Origin: an uncultured virus (IMG/VR IMGVR_UViG_3300025120_014716)
Lineage: Duplodnaviria; Heunggongvirae; Uroviricota; Caudoviricetes
DNA: 64,000 bases
IMG/VR virus record: IMGVR_UViG_3300025120_014716
Strand: one strand, 5' to 3'
Positions 1-11,112 of the stretch are shown in pieces (the first letter of the stretch is position 1; each line of letters starts with the position of its first letter). A program made the position numbers and the translations under genes. Below the pieces are notes generated by a model. The model did not search any database. It was given only the letters and a program-made list of their open reading frames with translations, and was not told where the DNA came from.

Positions 1-360
1 ACTTCAGCACCTGAGAGAGTTGATTATGTGGACTCTGGATTTGATGTAAATAGCGAATGGGACAATACAACTCATAGATTTACAGTTGCTGCAAGTGGTG
101 CAGGTGTTTATCAATTTACAAATCAAATTTTTATAGATAATGGTGGTGGGTGGATTCAATTATATTGTGAGAAAAATGGTGTTAAGGAAAGAATTACAGG
201 AGTAGACTTACATAGTTCTTGGGACTCGCCAATAGCAACTACAAATATTGCATTAGCAGTAGGTGATTATGTAGAGTTTTTTGTAGATTCCACTTCAAGT
301 TTTTCTGTTAGTGCAACTTGGTATGCTTTAAATAACTTTCAGATAACTAAATTAGGATAG
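1..360 (+). CDS. Partial CDS (open from window start); C1q/TNF-like beta-sandwich typical of fibre or decoration protein C-termini
   Basis: Frame is open from base 1; motif pattern RFTVA..GVYQF..I....LY..KNG...[11 protein letters not shown]. Confidence 0.55.
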   Translation, partial: TSAPERVDYVDSGFDVNSEWDNTTHRFTVAASGAGVYQFTNQIFIDNGGGWIQLYCEKNGVKERITGVDLHSSWDSPIATTNIALAVGDYVEFFVDSTSSFSVSATWYALNNFQITKLG

Positions 361-379
361 TAAGCATTTAATATGTAAA

Positions 380-1276
380 ATGATGGAGGGTATTAAAAAA
401 ATAGGAAAATTTTTTGGATTAGTTAAAGATAATTTAACTGATACTGAAATTCAAAAAGGAATAATTTCAGAATTAAAAAGCCAGGAGTATTTGTTGGGGT
501 CAGAAATATGTGAGTTAAACAAAAGACTGGAATTGAATGGAGAGAACTTTTCTATTTTTCAAAAAACAACCAGGGATAAAATAGAGAAAGGTTTTAAAGA
601 GGGTGAAGGGTTGTTGGCTCATGCATCAGAAAGGTACTCCAGGGTAGATGACTCAATTTTAAACCAACTTTCAGAAAAACATTTTAACCTTAAAGAGGTA
701 CAGTCAAAAATAAGTGTTATTGAAAAGGCAATTGACCCAGATGGAAAGGAAACTGGAAAAGGCAAAAAAACTTATGTCAATGCCATAATTCAAAATGAAA
801 ATAATGAGATCTTATTTTTATTAAGATCAAGCAGTGACTCATTTGAACCAAATACATGGGGTCTTCCAGGAGGAAAGGTTGAGCCAGGTGAAAACCTAAA
901 AGAGGCACTTTTAAGAGAGGTAAAAGAAGAGACAGGATTAACGGTGGTTGACTGTTTTCCAAGCAGGGTTGAAAAGTTTGATACTGGAGAAAAACACTAT
1001 TACCATACTTTTGTAAAAGAGGACTGTTCTATAATTTCATTGAGTAATGATGAGCATTCAAATTATGCATTTATGTCCATGCAAGAAATTGAAAAGAGAG
1101 ATGGGTACCTTGTAGACCTTAAGCAAAACATCCTGGAAATAATGAATCCATATGGACCTGTCAAGAAAGGTTTTGATACCCTGATTAAAGGACTTAGTGA
1201 TGGCATTGATGGAATTACAAGTGATACAGTTCAAGAAACATACCTTACCTGGTACAATAAAGTAAAAAAAGACTAA
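380..1276 (+). CDS. Nudix hydrolase with N-terminal helical extension
   Basis: Nudix box [24 protein letters not shown] preceded by WGLP. Confidence 0.9.
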   Translation: MMEGIKKIGKFFGLVKDNLTDTEIQKGIISELKSQEYLLGSEICELNKRLELNGENFSIFQKTTRDKIEKGFKEGEGLLAHASERYSRVDDSILNQLSEKHFNLKEVQSKISVIEKAIDPDGKETGKGKKTYVNAIIQNENNEILFLLRSSSDSFEPNTWGLPGGKVEPGENLKEALLREVKEETGLTVVDCFPSRVEKFDTGEKHYYHTFVKEDCSIISLSNDEHSNYAFMSMQEIEKRDGYLVDLKQNILEIMNPYGPVKKGFDTLIKGLSDGIDGITSDTVQETYLTWYNKVKKD

Positions 1277-1277
1277 G

Positions 1278-3128
1278 ATGAAAGATACAACTCAAAACTT
1301 CAATTTTTTTATTGATGACCTTAGAATAGAGAAGGCAAAAGATAATAAGGGTAATGATGTTATGAAAATAGGAGGTGTTGCCTCAACACAGGACCAGGAC
1401 TCAGATGGAGAGTATCTGGACCCATCAGGTTTTGATGTATCTTACTTTATGGATCATGGATATATAAATTATAACCATCAGGCAAAGTTAGATCCAGAGG
1501 CAGTCATAGGTGAGCCTACCAGTGCCAGGGTAACAAGTAAAGGTTTGGAGATAGAGGCAACCTTATATCCAGATAATCCTTTGGCTCAAAAAGTATATAG
1601 TACAACTCAGATGTTAGAGAAGTCATCCAAAAATAGAAGGATGGGTTTCTCCATTGAAGGTAAGGCAATGGAAAGGGACCTTTTGAATCCAAAAAGGATC
1701 AAGAAAGCAATGATAACTGGATGTGCAGTAACACTGAATCCAAAGAATCCAAGTACACTTGTTAATATCATGAAGGGTGACTATGGTGATGAATTACCTC
1801 AGTATGATTTTGATAACAGTTCCTCCATTTCAAAGTCCCAGGAAGATAATCTGGTAGAACTTGAGAGGGATGGTAAAAGAATAATAATTGATAAGTCCAT
1901 GAATATTAAAATAATGGACCTGGAGTCAAAAAAAGATGACAAAACAGAGAAGTCACTGTCCACAGTATCTGGTGCAGCAATTTCAAAAGAGGATGTTGAC
2001 AGGGAGACTAAAAATATAGAAGGTATAGATAAACCAAGAAAAAAAGTTAAATATTTATCAAAAAGTGAGGCTTACAATGAAATATTTGGTTATATTTATA
2101 AGTATTCTACACATGAAGATGTGGTGGAAAAGGCAAAATTAATGTATGAATTAACAGAATCTATTGTAAGAAGTAACAACATGGGAACTAACTTGGAGAA
2201 CATAAAAGTAACAAAAGAAGACATCAGTAAGGCTATTGAATTAATAAATGCAGTACCTGGATCAGAGTCAAAAGAACTTGAAACTGAAGAGATTGAAAAG
2301 TCAGTTGTGTCAAAACAAGCCATGGCTAAAAGCAAGGTGATGAAGGCAGATGAGGATGAAGGTACTGAAGATGGTCCAGAGAAAATGGACCAAAAGGAAT
2401 CTTATGATGATGAGGAGGTTGAGAAAGCATTGTGTGATGACAAAGAGTACATGAAAATGAAAAAGGCATGTGATGACTATAAAAAGTCATACAAGTCAAG
2501 AATGTACAAAGGAGAAATTGCAGGTTACCCTGCATGCAAAGATGCAAACATGGAATCTGATGAGAACGGTGCCTCTCTTGGTAAGGAGGGTGAGTTCATC
2601 AAAAAGACTATGGGATCAATGGGATCAGGATCAGGATCTTTAAATAAAGGATTAGTTGATGAGTTAGTTAAAGGAATATCTTCAACTATTGAGGCAGGTC
2701 AAAGTAAAAATAATGAAATACTTAAGTCTTTAGGAGTAATTGCCCAGGGTACACTTGAGCAAACTGAAAAACTTACAGGTGAAAATGCTGAGTTAAAGAA
2801 GTCCCTGGAGGATGCAATGGGAAGACTTCAAAGAGTTGAGGAGACTCCTATTCCATCAAGAACTGTACAAACTCAGTCTTTCAGAGAAAAGGAATCATTT
2901 GCTAAGTCACATGATGCAGCAAGAGGATCAAATGTATTACATGGAAAGTCTGACAGAGGACAGATAATGGACATCATAGAATCAAGATGTGGTTTTGATG
3001 GAGGAGAGCCAAATAAAAAGTTCATGAAATCACTACAAACATTTGAGTCTGAGAATGCAATAGAAAAGTCAGTACTTGGTGATTTGTCAAGAGAAGGAAT
3101 TAATATTGAAGGTGTAAATATCCTTTAA
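1278..3128 (+). CDS. Prohead protease fused to scaffold-like C-terminal region
   Basis: IGGVAST..QDSDGE, INYNHQ, GFSIEG and AVTLNPKNP motifs; acidic coiled-coil tail; directly upstream of the capsid gene. Confidence 0.85.
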   Translation: MKDTTQNFNFFIDDLRIEKAKDNKGNDVMKIGGVASTQDQDSDGEYLDPSGFDVSYFMDHGYINYNHQAKLDPEAVIGEPTSARVTSKGLEIEATLYPDNPLAQKVYSTTQMLEKSSKNRRMGFSIEGKAMERDLLNPKRIKKAMITGCAVTLNPKNPSTLVNIMKGDYGDELPQYDFDNSSSISKSQEDNLVELERDGKRIIIDKSMNIKIMDLESKKDDKTEKSLSTVSGAAISKEDVDRETKNIEGIDKPRKKVKYLSKSEAYNEIFGYIYKYSTHEDVVEKAKLMYELTESIVRSNNMGTNLENIKVTKEDISKAIELINAVPGSESKELETEEIEKSVVSKQAMAKSKVMKADEDEGTEDGPEKMDQKESYDDEEVEKALCDDKEYMKMKKACDDYKKSYKSRMYKGEIAGYPACKDANMESDENGASLGKEGEFIKKTMGSMGSGSGSLNKGLVDELVKGISSTIEAGQSKNNEILKSLGVIAQGTLEQTEKLTGENAELKKSLEDAMGRLQRVEETPIPSRTVQTQSFREKESFAKSHDAARGSNVLHGKSDRGQIMDIIESRCGFDGGEPNKKFMKSLQTFESENAIEKSVLGDLSREGINIEGVNIL

Positions 3129-3214
3129 TAAAAAAATAATACAGACCGTTGAAGTAGGTGTTTCTACACTGATAGAGATCGTGAAAAATAATAACAATCC
3201 AAAAATTAAAGGAC

Positions 3215-4708
3215 ATGAGCAATGTTAGCGTAGATTTGGCTCAGTACGGTCATGGTGCAGGATTAGGGGATGATGCAATGGCATCAGTACCTCAGTCAGC
3301 AGAGGCAGTACATGAGTTATCAAAGGCACTTGAGGCAAGATCAATCACAGGTAGAGAAACTACTGGTTTGACAAATGCATCAGGAGCACCACTTAAGGTA
3401 GAATCTTTAGAGAAAAACTTAAAGGTTTTAACTTTTACAGAAAATGACATCAGAACCTGGAAAAGGATTCCAAAGGCACCTGCATTCAACACAGTTGAGG
3501 AATACTTGCAGTTACAGTCTTATGGAGCAGACAGAGGAGGTTTTAATAATGAAGGTGAATTACCTGAAGAGGAGGATGCAACTTACGTTAGAAAGGCTGA
3601 GTTAGTAAAATTCTTAGGAGTTACTAAGTCTGTTACTCATCCAATGACTCTTACAAAAACGTACATCGGAAACGCAGTACAAAGAGAAGTTACAAATGGT
3701 ATCCAGTGGATCCTTAGAAAAGCAAATAAAGGTTTGTTTTATGCAAATGCATCTTTGGTTCCTCAAGAATGGAATGGTTTATATACTCAGCATTATGTAA
3801 ATGGTGGTTATGCTAATTTAGATGCATACCAGGCAAACAATGAGTTGGTAGTTGATTTAAGAGGTAAGAGACTTAAGGAAGAGAATATTGAAACTGGAGC
3901 AGAGGCAATCGTGAGAGCGTTTGGTCAAGCAAATGTTTTAATTGCACCTCCAGTAGTTCACTCAAACTTTGTAAAGAACTTCCATGACAAAAAGTTAATC
4001 AATCCATCTTCAATTCAGGTAACTGGAGCGACAATGGGTCAAAAGGTTAATAAATTTGCATCTCAGTATGGTGAAATTGACCTTGAGTATGATATTTTTG
4101 CATCAAAGTCAGCACCAAAAGTATTAGGTGATGGAGCAACAAGCACAAAGGCACCTACAGCAGTTACATCAAACAGTGGGGCAACTCCTGTGGCAGCTAA
4201 CTCTCAGTTTGCAGCAGCAGATGCAGGTAACTACGTTTATGCAGTTACAGCTAAGAATAGATACGGTGAGGCAGCACCAGTGAGAATCACAGGTGGAGCA
4301 ATTGCAGTGGCAGCAGGTGATGGTACAGACTTGGAATTTACAGCAGGTGGTGGTACTTATGCAGCAACTTCATTTGTAGTTTACAGATCTAAAATTGGTG
4401 ATACAGGAGCAGCAGCTAAATTATACCCTATCATTGAGGTATCTGTAGCAGAAAAAGCAGCAGGTTTTGATGGAGCAGCAGCAACAAAGGTAAGGGACAT
4501 TAACAGATACCTTCCTGGAACTGAGGAGGCTTTATTGTTACAAGATTCATCAGACATTTATGAGTTCAAGCAATTGGCACCATTAATGAAAATGCCTCTT
4601 GCACAATTAAGTCCTGCACAAAGATTTATGGTCTTACTTTATGGTACTCCAATTATGTACCAACCTAAAAAGGTTGTAAGGTTCATTAATATCGGAACTG
4701 CATCTTAA
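3215..4708 (+). CDS. Major capsid protein (SPO1/Twort/A511-like)
   Basis: LKVESLEKNLKVLTF...AFNTVEEY and C-terminal LMKMPLAQ...VLLYGTP..YQPKK resemble Herelleviridae-type capsids; follows the protease and is followed by a terminator. Confidence 0.9.
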   Translation: MSNVSVDLAQYGHGAGLGDDAMASVPQSAEAVHELSKALEARSITGRETTGLTNASGAPLKVESLEKNLKVLTFTENDIRTWKRIPKAPAFNTVEEYLQLQSYGADRGGFNNEGELPEEEDATYVRKAELVKFLGVTKSVTHPMTLTKTYIGNAVQREVTNGIQWILRKANKGLFYANASLVPQEWNGLYTQHYVNGGYANLDAYQANNELVVDLRGKRLKEENIETGAEAIVRAFGQANVLIAPPVVHSNFVKNFHDKKLINPSSIQVTGATMGQKVNKFASQYGEIDLEYDIFASKSAPKVLGDGATSTKAPTAVTSNSGATPVAANSQFAAADAGNYVYAVTAKNRYGEAAPVRITGGAIAVAAGDGTDLEFTAGGGTYAATSFVVYRSKIGDTGAAAKLYPIIEVSVAEKAAGFDGAAATKVRDINRYLPGTEEALLLQDSSDIYEFKQLAPLMKMPLAQLSPAQRFMVLLYGTPIMYQPKKVVRFINIGTAS

Positions 4709-4732
4709 GAGTAGAATTTAATATTCACATAT

Positions 4733-4764
4733 AAAGGGAGGAGATCTATTCTCCTCCCTTTTTT
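4733..4764 (+). terminator. Intrinsic terminator after the capsid gene
   Basis: AAAGGGAGGAGA-5nt-TCTCCTCCCTTT followed by a T run. Confidence 0.85.
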
Positions 4765-4820
4765 GTTTTAATCATTTTTGCTACATTAGATGAAGTAAAA
4801 ATTTAAAAATAAATTAGACC

Positions 4821-5171
4821 ATGGTATTAATTAAGTCAAGTGTAAAAGGTCAGGTGGACTGTAAGGTTCAAATTTGCAATGAAGTAGTCACTTTTGATAG
4901 TAAAGGTATTGCAGAGGTTGGATCAAAAGAGAAGGCAAATGAAATTGTAAAAAAGTGGTCACCTTTAATTGTAATTATCAAAGGTGAGGTTAAGTCAAAA
5001 ATTGAGGATCCAATTGATGGTCCAGATGAGTCAGGTCAAGAAATTGATTTAAGTGAGAAAACAGTTGATGAACTAAGAGATGTTTGCAAAGCAATTGATC
5101 TACCTTCAAAAGAATGGAAGAGTCTTAAAAAGTCAGAACTTATAGAGTACATTGAGGAAAAAATAAAGTAA
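4821..5171 (+). CDS. Virion-module protein with C-terminal Rho-N/HeH-like helical motif
   Basis: DLSEKTVDELRDVCKAIDL...LKKSELIEYI; position after capsid gene. Confidence 0.55.
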   Translation: MVLIKSSVKGQVDCKVQICNEVVTFDSKGIAEVGSKEKANEIVKKWSPLIVIIKGEVKSKIEDPIDGPDESGQEIDLSEKTVDELRDVCKAIDLPSKEWKSLKKSELIEYIEEKIK

Positions 5172-5175
5172 GAAC

Positions 5176-5958
5176 ATGCCAAGTATAACACTAAGGGCAC
5201 CATATAAAAGAAACCAGGGAGTTATGTCTCCATCAGAAATGATAGAAACATATTTTTTTGGTATTAGTTTATGTGATCCAAATGGAGATAAGATGAGTTC
5301 TGATGTTATCCAGTTGTATCTGGATTCAGCAACAGATGAAATAGAAAATTATCTTGACATAAGGATCAAAAAGCAGATCATAGAAGAGGACCTTGGTTTT
5401 TGGATGGATGACTGGAAAAATTGGGGTTACATAAGAACTTCATATCCAGTGGTCAAACCTCACTTAATTGAGGGATTTATAAATGATGTTAGGCAGGTTA
5501 CATATCCTCAGTCCTGGCTCAGTGCCAGAAAGACAAATGATGGAAGGACCTATTTTAGGACCGTAAACCTGGTACCAACAAATGGAACTACAGGAACAAA
5601 TTCTCAAATTTACAGTGGAGTAACTCCACATTTGGGTTTTTATGGGAACAAACATATACCAAACTACTGGCAAATTACCTATTGTACAGGTTTTGATAAG
5701 GTCCCAGGTGACCTGTTAAATGCCATAGGTAAATTGGCAGCTATAAATGTCTTCCATATTATGGGAGATTTGATCCTGGGAGCAGGTATTGCATCTCAGT
5801 CTATTGGAATAGATGGACTTAGCCAGAGTATTGCAACAACATCATCAGCAACAAATGCAGGTTATGGTGCAAGGGTTTCAGGATACATTGCAGACTTAAA
5901 ATTGTCAATGCCAAAACTCAGAGCATTCTATAAAGGAATGAACTTAACCAGTGCTTAA
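5176..5958 (+). CDS. Head-tail adaptor (neck) protein
   Basis: YLDSATDEIENYLD, ITYCTGF..VP.DL..AI, SQSIGIDGLSQS; synteny. Confidence 0.75.
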   Translation: MPSITLRAPYKRNQGVMSPSEMIETYFFGISLCDPNGDKMSSDVIQLYLDSATDEIENYLDIRIKKQIIEEDLGFWMDDWKNWGYIRTSYPVVKPHLIEGFINDVRQVTYPQSWLSARKTNDGRTYFRTVNLVPTNGTTGTNSQIYSGVTPHLGFYGNKHIPNYWQITYCTGFDKVPGDLLNAIGKLAAINVFHIMGDLILGAGIASQSIGIDGLSQSIATTSSATNAGYGARVSGYIADLKLSMPKLRAFYKGMNLTSA

Positions 5959-5963
5959 ATGAT

Positions 5964-6755
5964 ATGCCAAATAAACCAATAACAATAACTCCTCCTCCAA
6001 GTTTGGTAGGAAAGCCAAGTGTTAACTTGGAGAAGTCAGACTTTGAGGCACTAATAGAGCAAAAGGGTTATGATGTTTATCATGACAGGGCATTAAAGTG
6101 TCCATGTAAGCCAAGATCAGGTGGAGATGCACAGTCAACCTGTAAAAATTGTGGAGGTTCTGGATGGATATATATAAATAGACATGAGACCAGGATGGTT
6201 ATCCAGTCCATGAATATAGATACAAAATATAAAGAGTGGACCGAAGAGAGGTTGGGGTCAGCCAGGATCACAGCCAGGGATATTGATCAGTTGGCTTTTA
6301 TGGACAGGATCACATTGATTAATGCAGAGGCAGTATTTAGTCAGGTCCTACATCCAAAAAAAGAACCTGGTAATGCATATTTTTATGCAACTACCAGGTA
6401 CAATATAAAAACAATAAAGTACATATTCCTATTCAAAGGGGTTGGTTTAGTTTTACAGAGGCTAAATGAAACAACTGATTATACTTTGGTAAAGAACCAA
6501 ATAAGACTTAATGCCTCATTTAGTTCTGAAGTTAATCCAACAATTACTGTAAGATACATACATGAGCCTGAATTTACGGTCCTGGATCTTTCAAGAGATC
6601 TTATGTACTCAACAATAAAAGATAAGTGTACCACAACTGGTAAAAAAGAGATAGCATTTCCAATATCTGCAGTAGCCAGGAGAAGTCACTATATGCCAGA
6701 TAGAGGAGACTTTGAAGATGATGACTTACTTGACAATAGCTTTACAGAGGTATGA
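5964..6755 (+). CDS. Head closure/neck protein with Cys motif
   Basis: CPC...CKNCGGSGW as in Twort-like neck proteins; synteny. Confidence 0.7.
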   Translation: MPNKPITITPPPSLVGKPSVNLEKSDFEALIEQKGYDVYHDRALKCPCKPRSGGDAQSTCKNCGGSGWIYINRHETRMVIQSMNIDTKYKEWTEERLGSARITARDIDQLAFMDRITLINAEAVFSQVLHPKKEPGNAYFYATTRYNIKTIKYIFLFKGVGLVLQRLNETTDYTLVKNQIRLNASFSSEVNPTITVRYIHEPEFTVLDLSRDLMYSTIKDKCTTTGKKEIAFPISAVARRSHYMPDRGDFEDDDLLDNSFTEV

Positions 6756-7531
6756 TATTACCAATACAAATAGATACTCAGTCCCTTGGTGATGAATTTC
6801 AACTGGGACAAAGTGATGTAGATAGTTTATTGGAGGCAGTTACTGCCCAGGCAAGAGCAGCAATTGCAATTGAATGGAGAAACCAGGCAAAAGGTGAACT
6901 TGGTAGTACCAGGAGTCGCTATATGAATAGTATCATAGAGGGGCAAGAGGGAAGGTTTACAGGTACTATTACTTTGGTTGGTCAACTTCCAAACATGATA
7001 GAAAATGGAGCCAGTGCCTTTGACATGAAAAATGGTTTTGCTAATAGTGATAAGAGAAAAACTGTACAAAGAAAAGATGGCAAACTGGGTTGGTATTTAA
7101 CAATACCATTCACTTATGCCAGACCAGGATCTTTGGGAGAAAGTGAAAAGTTCTCTGGAGTACTTCCAATTGATGTAAATAAGGCACTATTAAAAGTAAC
7201 AGAGGAAGATCCAGATGCATCTTTGGGTGCCAGTGACATACCAGGTGAGTATGCTATTCCAAAGATAAGAAAGGAGATAAAACTATTTGATGGATCACTT
7301 GCACCTGAGTATCAAAACAAGTCAAGTATATATTCAGGACTTAAGGTCCAAAAGAATCCATCAGGAGGAAGTCAGGTGATCTCCTTTAGAAGAGTTTCTG
7401 ACAATAGTGATGACAATTCCTGGATACATACTGGCATAGAGGCAAGAAATTTAGCTGACAAGGCTTTAAGAGAGGTTAAACTTGATGAGGTTGTGGGTGA
7501 TGTTATTGATGTATTTTTAAACGAACTATAA
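6752..7531 (+). CDS. Neck/tail completion protein
   Basis: MIENGASAFDMK, WYLTIPF, FRRVSDNSD..SWIH motifs; synteny. Confidence 0.65.
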   Translation: MILPIQIDTQSLGDEFQLGQSDVDSLLEAVTAQARAAIAIEWRNQAKGELGSTRSRYMNSIIEGQEGRFTGTITLVGQLPNMIENGASAFDMKNGFANSDKRKTVQRKDGKLGWYLTIPFTYARPGSLGESEKFSGVLPIDVNKALLKVTEEDPDASLGASDIPGEYAIPKIRKEIKLFDGSLAPEYQNKSSIYSGLKVQKNPSGGSQVISFRRVSDNSDDNSWIHTGIEARNLADKALREVKLDEVVGDVIDVFLNEL

Positions 7532-7533
7532 AA

Positions 7534-8199
7534 ATGATACCAGAAATAGAACTACAGAGAGTTATTGATGTTGCCTTAAAAATAATAAGGAATGACATAA
7601 CTCAAAACGGTGGGACTCCATCAGATACAATCCTACACTATTTATTGAACCAGGTAGGATCATTTGAGGGAAAGTATAATTTTTATGATCAGGCAGTTGA
7701 CATTTTTTCAACTAAAAACAAACATAATCCAAGATTCCTGGAAACCAGGTTGTTTTTTGATAAAGAGAGAGCCTCCATTCCAACAATTCATGTGATGGCA
7801 AATGGAGAAAATGATAACAATAATGGAATAGGAGTTGACCAGGGTTACATGGATCAGCAGACAAATGGACTTGGGACTGCAATTAGACCAGTTTACAACA
7901 GGCACTTTAATGCAAACTTTAGTATTGTTATTACTTCAGACAATAGTATGGAGACCATATTGATATTTTATGTGTTAAAAGCTATGTTAATCTCAGCCTT
8001 TGATCACATACAACTTTCAGGATTTGTTAATCCTACAATAAGTGGTAGAGATATTAATATAAGTCAGGACCTGGTTCCAAATGGAGTATTTGCCAGGTCA
8101 CTTGATCTTAAGGCAGGTTATGAGTTATCAGTTCCTGCAAATACATTTAAGTCAATAATTACTCAATTTTCAAATATTCTTAATCCAGTAATAAATTAA
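7534..8199 (+). CDS. Tail terminator/completion protein
   Basis: Position before the sheath; size and predicted beta-rich C-terminal half. Confidence 0.55.
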   Translation: MIPEIELQRVIDVALKIIRNDITQNGGTPSDTILHYLLNQVGSFEGKYNFYDQAVDIFSTKNKHNPRFLETRLFFDKERASIPTIHVMANGENDNNNGIGVDQGYMDQQTNGLGTAIRPVYNRHFNANFSIVITSDNSMETILIFYVLKAMLISAFDHIQLSGFVNPTISGRDINISQDLVPNGVFARSLDLKAGYELSVPANTFKSIITQFSNILNPVIN

Positions 8200-8210
8200 A
8201 AAAAAATAAA

Positions 8211-8438
8211 ATGGCAGCTAAAAAAACAACAAAAAAAACCTCAACAAAAAAAACTGAGATAAAAAAAGACGAACCTAAAAAGGAAAAGGTTAAAACTTTA
8301 TTTAGTCATATAGAGTATTGTAATTTAACAGCAGGTGATGGTGCAATTGCCTTTGTTGCAAATTTAAAGTTTAAGGGGTACGGTAAAAAAACAAAAGAAG
8401 AGTGGAAAAAGTTATTTGAAACAGAGGGTTTAATATGA
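8211..8438 (+). CDS. Small basic hypothetical protein
   Basis: Clean ORF, Lys-rich N-terminus, immediately before the sheath gene. Confidence 0.6.
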   Translation: MAAKKTTKKTSTKKTEIKKDEPKKEKVKTLFSHIEYCNLTAGDGAIAFVANLKFKGYGKKTKEEWKKLFETEGLI

Positions 8439-8488
8439 TAAATTTTCATTATATTTAATAAATAGATACATAAGATATTAAAATTATT

Positions 8489-10486
8489 ATGGCAACAAAA
8501 TTCAACTTCAATAATAGTGTGGCATCATTGCCAGGAACATACTCACAGTTTACAGCAAGTGTTAACAATCCTGCATCAGCAAATGCATTTGGAAATGTAT
8601 TGATTATAGATACTGGTAGTGGTTCAGGTTTTGGAGCAGGATCAGGTATCTCAGGTACACTTGCATCAGGAACAAATGCAATATACTCTTCCTCTACACT
8701 AAAAGAATTTAGGGATGCAGTTGGAGGTGGTATTCTTTGGGACATTTCTGAGAAGATATTTCAACCAAATGGTCCTGGAGTAAGTCCAGGGGCATCATCT
8801 TTGCTATATGCAAGAGCAGCAACAACCGTAGCTGCAGAGGCAACCATAACTTATTCAGGAGGTGGTTCAAATGGTGGTACTGCAGTAATCCAGTATAAAA
8901 ATGAAGGTATTTCAGGAAATGGAGTTGAAGGTAATGAAATCCTTTCAACCACTACTACAGCATTTATAGTGACTGCAGTTGGAGCAACTGGAAACACACA
9001 TACATTAACTGTAACAGATCCAAAAAATGGATCAACAGACATATTTGCTTACACAGTTCCTGCAACTCCACTGTCTATAAGTTTAACAGCATCAGCAATT
9101 GCAGATGGAATTAATGCAGGATCTTCAGGGTACACTGCAGTGGCATCAGGTGCAAACATAACAGTTACATCAAGACAGCCAGTGGCACTTGAGGGTGCAT
9201 CAGACTTCAATGGTATTTCTACAGCATATACTGTAACAGGTTCAGCTACAGGAACAGCAGCAACATTTGCAGGAGGAGTTGATGGTACAAAACTTACAAG
9301 AGGAGCAGGTATTGTTATGTCAGTTGGCATTAATGATGCTACAAAATTTCAAGTAAAATTATTCAGAGGATCTTATAAGGGTGCAGATGAAAATGGATAC
9401 CACTATGATGGTATTGAAGAGTCTAAGACAGCAGCCATTTTACTGGCAACATCTCCAGAGTTCAACAATATTGCAACATTGCATGCCTGGATGGAAACAA
9501 ATGTGGTGTTTGGTGCATTTTTTAAATTAAAGTCCAAAACGGTTGTAGGTACTGGAGTAGTAACCACAGCAGATAATACTGCAAATGCAGGAATAAATAA
9601 GTTTTCTGGAGGTACTGAAGTGTACAGTACAACAAAATTGGATGAGGTATTATTGGCAGCACAGTCATTAAATTATTCTTGGATCTTGGCTGATCAGTAT
9701 GAAGACAATGCCAAGAGTACTGACAATGGTAAATTGGCAGCACATATTGTTAACCAGGATACGTTTGGTTATAAGATGATAGTTGTAGGTGGTGGTAGAA
9801 AGGCAGATAAATTTGCACCTGGAGTTGTAAATGGATCAATTGACATAGCACAGTATTATGACAATGATAGAGTGGTAGTGGTCCATGGAGGAGTTAAGAA
9901 AAACACAACATCATCTCCAGATGGATTCATAGAAAAAACATCTTTACATAAAGCAGCAGCAACACTTGGAAGGATTGCAGGTTTATCACCTCAGATTCCA
10001 ATTACTTTCAAAACTATAGCATTTGATGGAGACTTACATGTTCTTAATATTAAAGAACAGAACCAGTCACTTGACAATGGAGTTTTGGTTACCATAAATG
10101 ATGGAGCCAGACTTGAGGTACTTCAGGGTATAAACTCTTTACAAGATAACCAGTTCTTGCTTAATCCAGATGCAACATCTCACTCAATACAATTTAAGAG
10201 ACTTATTTCTCAATTAAATACTGAGATAGTTATTAATTCAAAAAGGTTACTTAAGAATCCTCTTGGATCAAATAGAAACACAATATCTGCAGGAGATGTA
10301 ACAGCGTTTGTTACTTCATATTTGCAGGACAGAACTGCAGAACCTTCAGCAGACAATTTAATACTTGGATTTAGAAATGTAGTTACGGTTATTGACCAGG
10401 ATGCATATAAGACTACATATGATGTGGTATTAAATACTGAGATAACTAAATTGTTCTTTACTGGTACGGTTTACTTAGGATTTTAA
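8489..10486 (+). CDS. Contractile tail sheath protein
   Basis: N-terminal LPGTYS, C-terminal PQIPITFK...LDNGVL...QGINSLQ; 665 aa, upstream of tube. Confidence 0.9.
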   Translation: MATKFNFNNSVASLPGTYSQFTASVNNPASANAFGNVLIIDTGSGSGFGAGSGISGTLASGTNAIYSSSTLKEFRDAVGGGILWDISEKIFQPNGPGVSPGASSLLYARAATTVAAEATITYSGGGSNGGTAVIQYKNEGISGNGVEGNEILSTTTTAFIVTAVGATGNTHTLTVTDPKNGSTDIFAYTVPATPLSISLTASAIADGINAGSSGYTAVASGANITVTSRQPVALEGASDFNGISTAYTVTGSATGTAATFAGGVDGTKLTRGAGIVMSVGINDATKFQVKLFRGSYKGADENGYHYDGIEESKTAAILLATSPEFNNIATLHAWMETNVVFGAFFKLKSKTVVGTGVVTTADNTANAGINKFSGGTEVYSTTKLDEVLLAAQSLNYSWILADQYEDNAKSTDNGKLAAHIVNQDTFGYKMIVVGGGRKADKFAPGVVNGSIDIAQYYDNDRVVVVHGGVKKNTTSSPDGFIEKTSLHKAAATLGRIAGLSPQIPITFKTIAFDGDLHVLNIKEQNQSLDNGVLVTINDGARLEVLQGINSLQDNQFLLNPDATSHSIQFKRLISQLNTEIVINSKRLLKNPLGSNRNTISAGDVTAFVTSYLQDRTAEPSADNLILGFRNVVTVIDQDAYKTTYDVVLNTEITKLFFTGTVYLGF

Positions 10487-10523
10487 AAAAGATAGTTAAG
10501 TTTAAATTTAAAATAATTACAAG

Positions 10524-11069
10524 ATGGCTCAAGTATTAACAGGTGCACTGGCAATCATAAAACTAAACGGTTCAGTGATTGGTAAGATGAAAAATATAAG
10601 TGTAAATGAAAACATAAGTAGGGGTAAGGTCCAAGGTATTGGAAGGTTACATCCTTCAGAACTTCCTGCATTGGAGTGGAGTGGAACAGTATCATGTGCA
10701 TTCTATTCAATAGATTTTGAGTCTGATGGTGTGGCAGGTATCTTTGATAATACTGCAGCTACAGCAGGGATAGGATCTGGACCAACAACTGGTGGTAACC
10801 AGGGTGTTATTAGAAGGGTTACTTCAGTTAATGCATTAATGGAGCACATAGCCTTAGAGGGAGAGGGTATAACTCTTGATATTTATAAAAAAATACATGA
10901 CTTTACTGATGCAACAACAGGTCAAAAGGAGTCAGATGTAAATACTCAACCAATGTTTGCTCAGGTTAAGGGTGTTCATTTAGAGAGAGACTCATTTGAA
11001 ATAACAGAGAACGGTCTTTCTGGTAGAAACCAAGAATTTGCCTACACTCAACCAATTATCTTCACATAA
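10524..11069 (+). CDS. Tail tube protein
   Basis: VLTGA...IGKMKNISVNE....VQGIGRLHPSE; follows sheath. Confidence 0.85.
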   Translation: MAQVLTGALAIIKLNGSVIGKMKNISVNENISRGKVQGIGRLHPSELPALEWSGTVSCAFYSIDFESDGVAGIFDNTAATAGIGSGPTTGGNQGVIRRVTSVNALMEHIALEGEGITLDIYKKIHDFTDATTGQKESDVNTQPMFAQVKGVHLERDSFEITENGLSGRNQEFAYTQPIIFT

Positions 11070-11112
11070 AAAGAAGGCATCAAGTGAGAAATACAAAAAA
11101 ATAGTTATCTTT

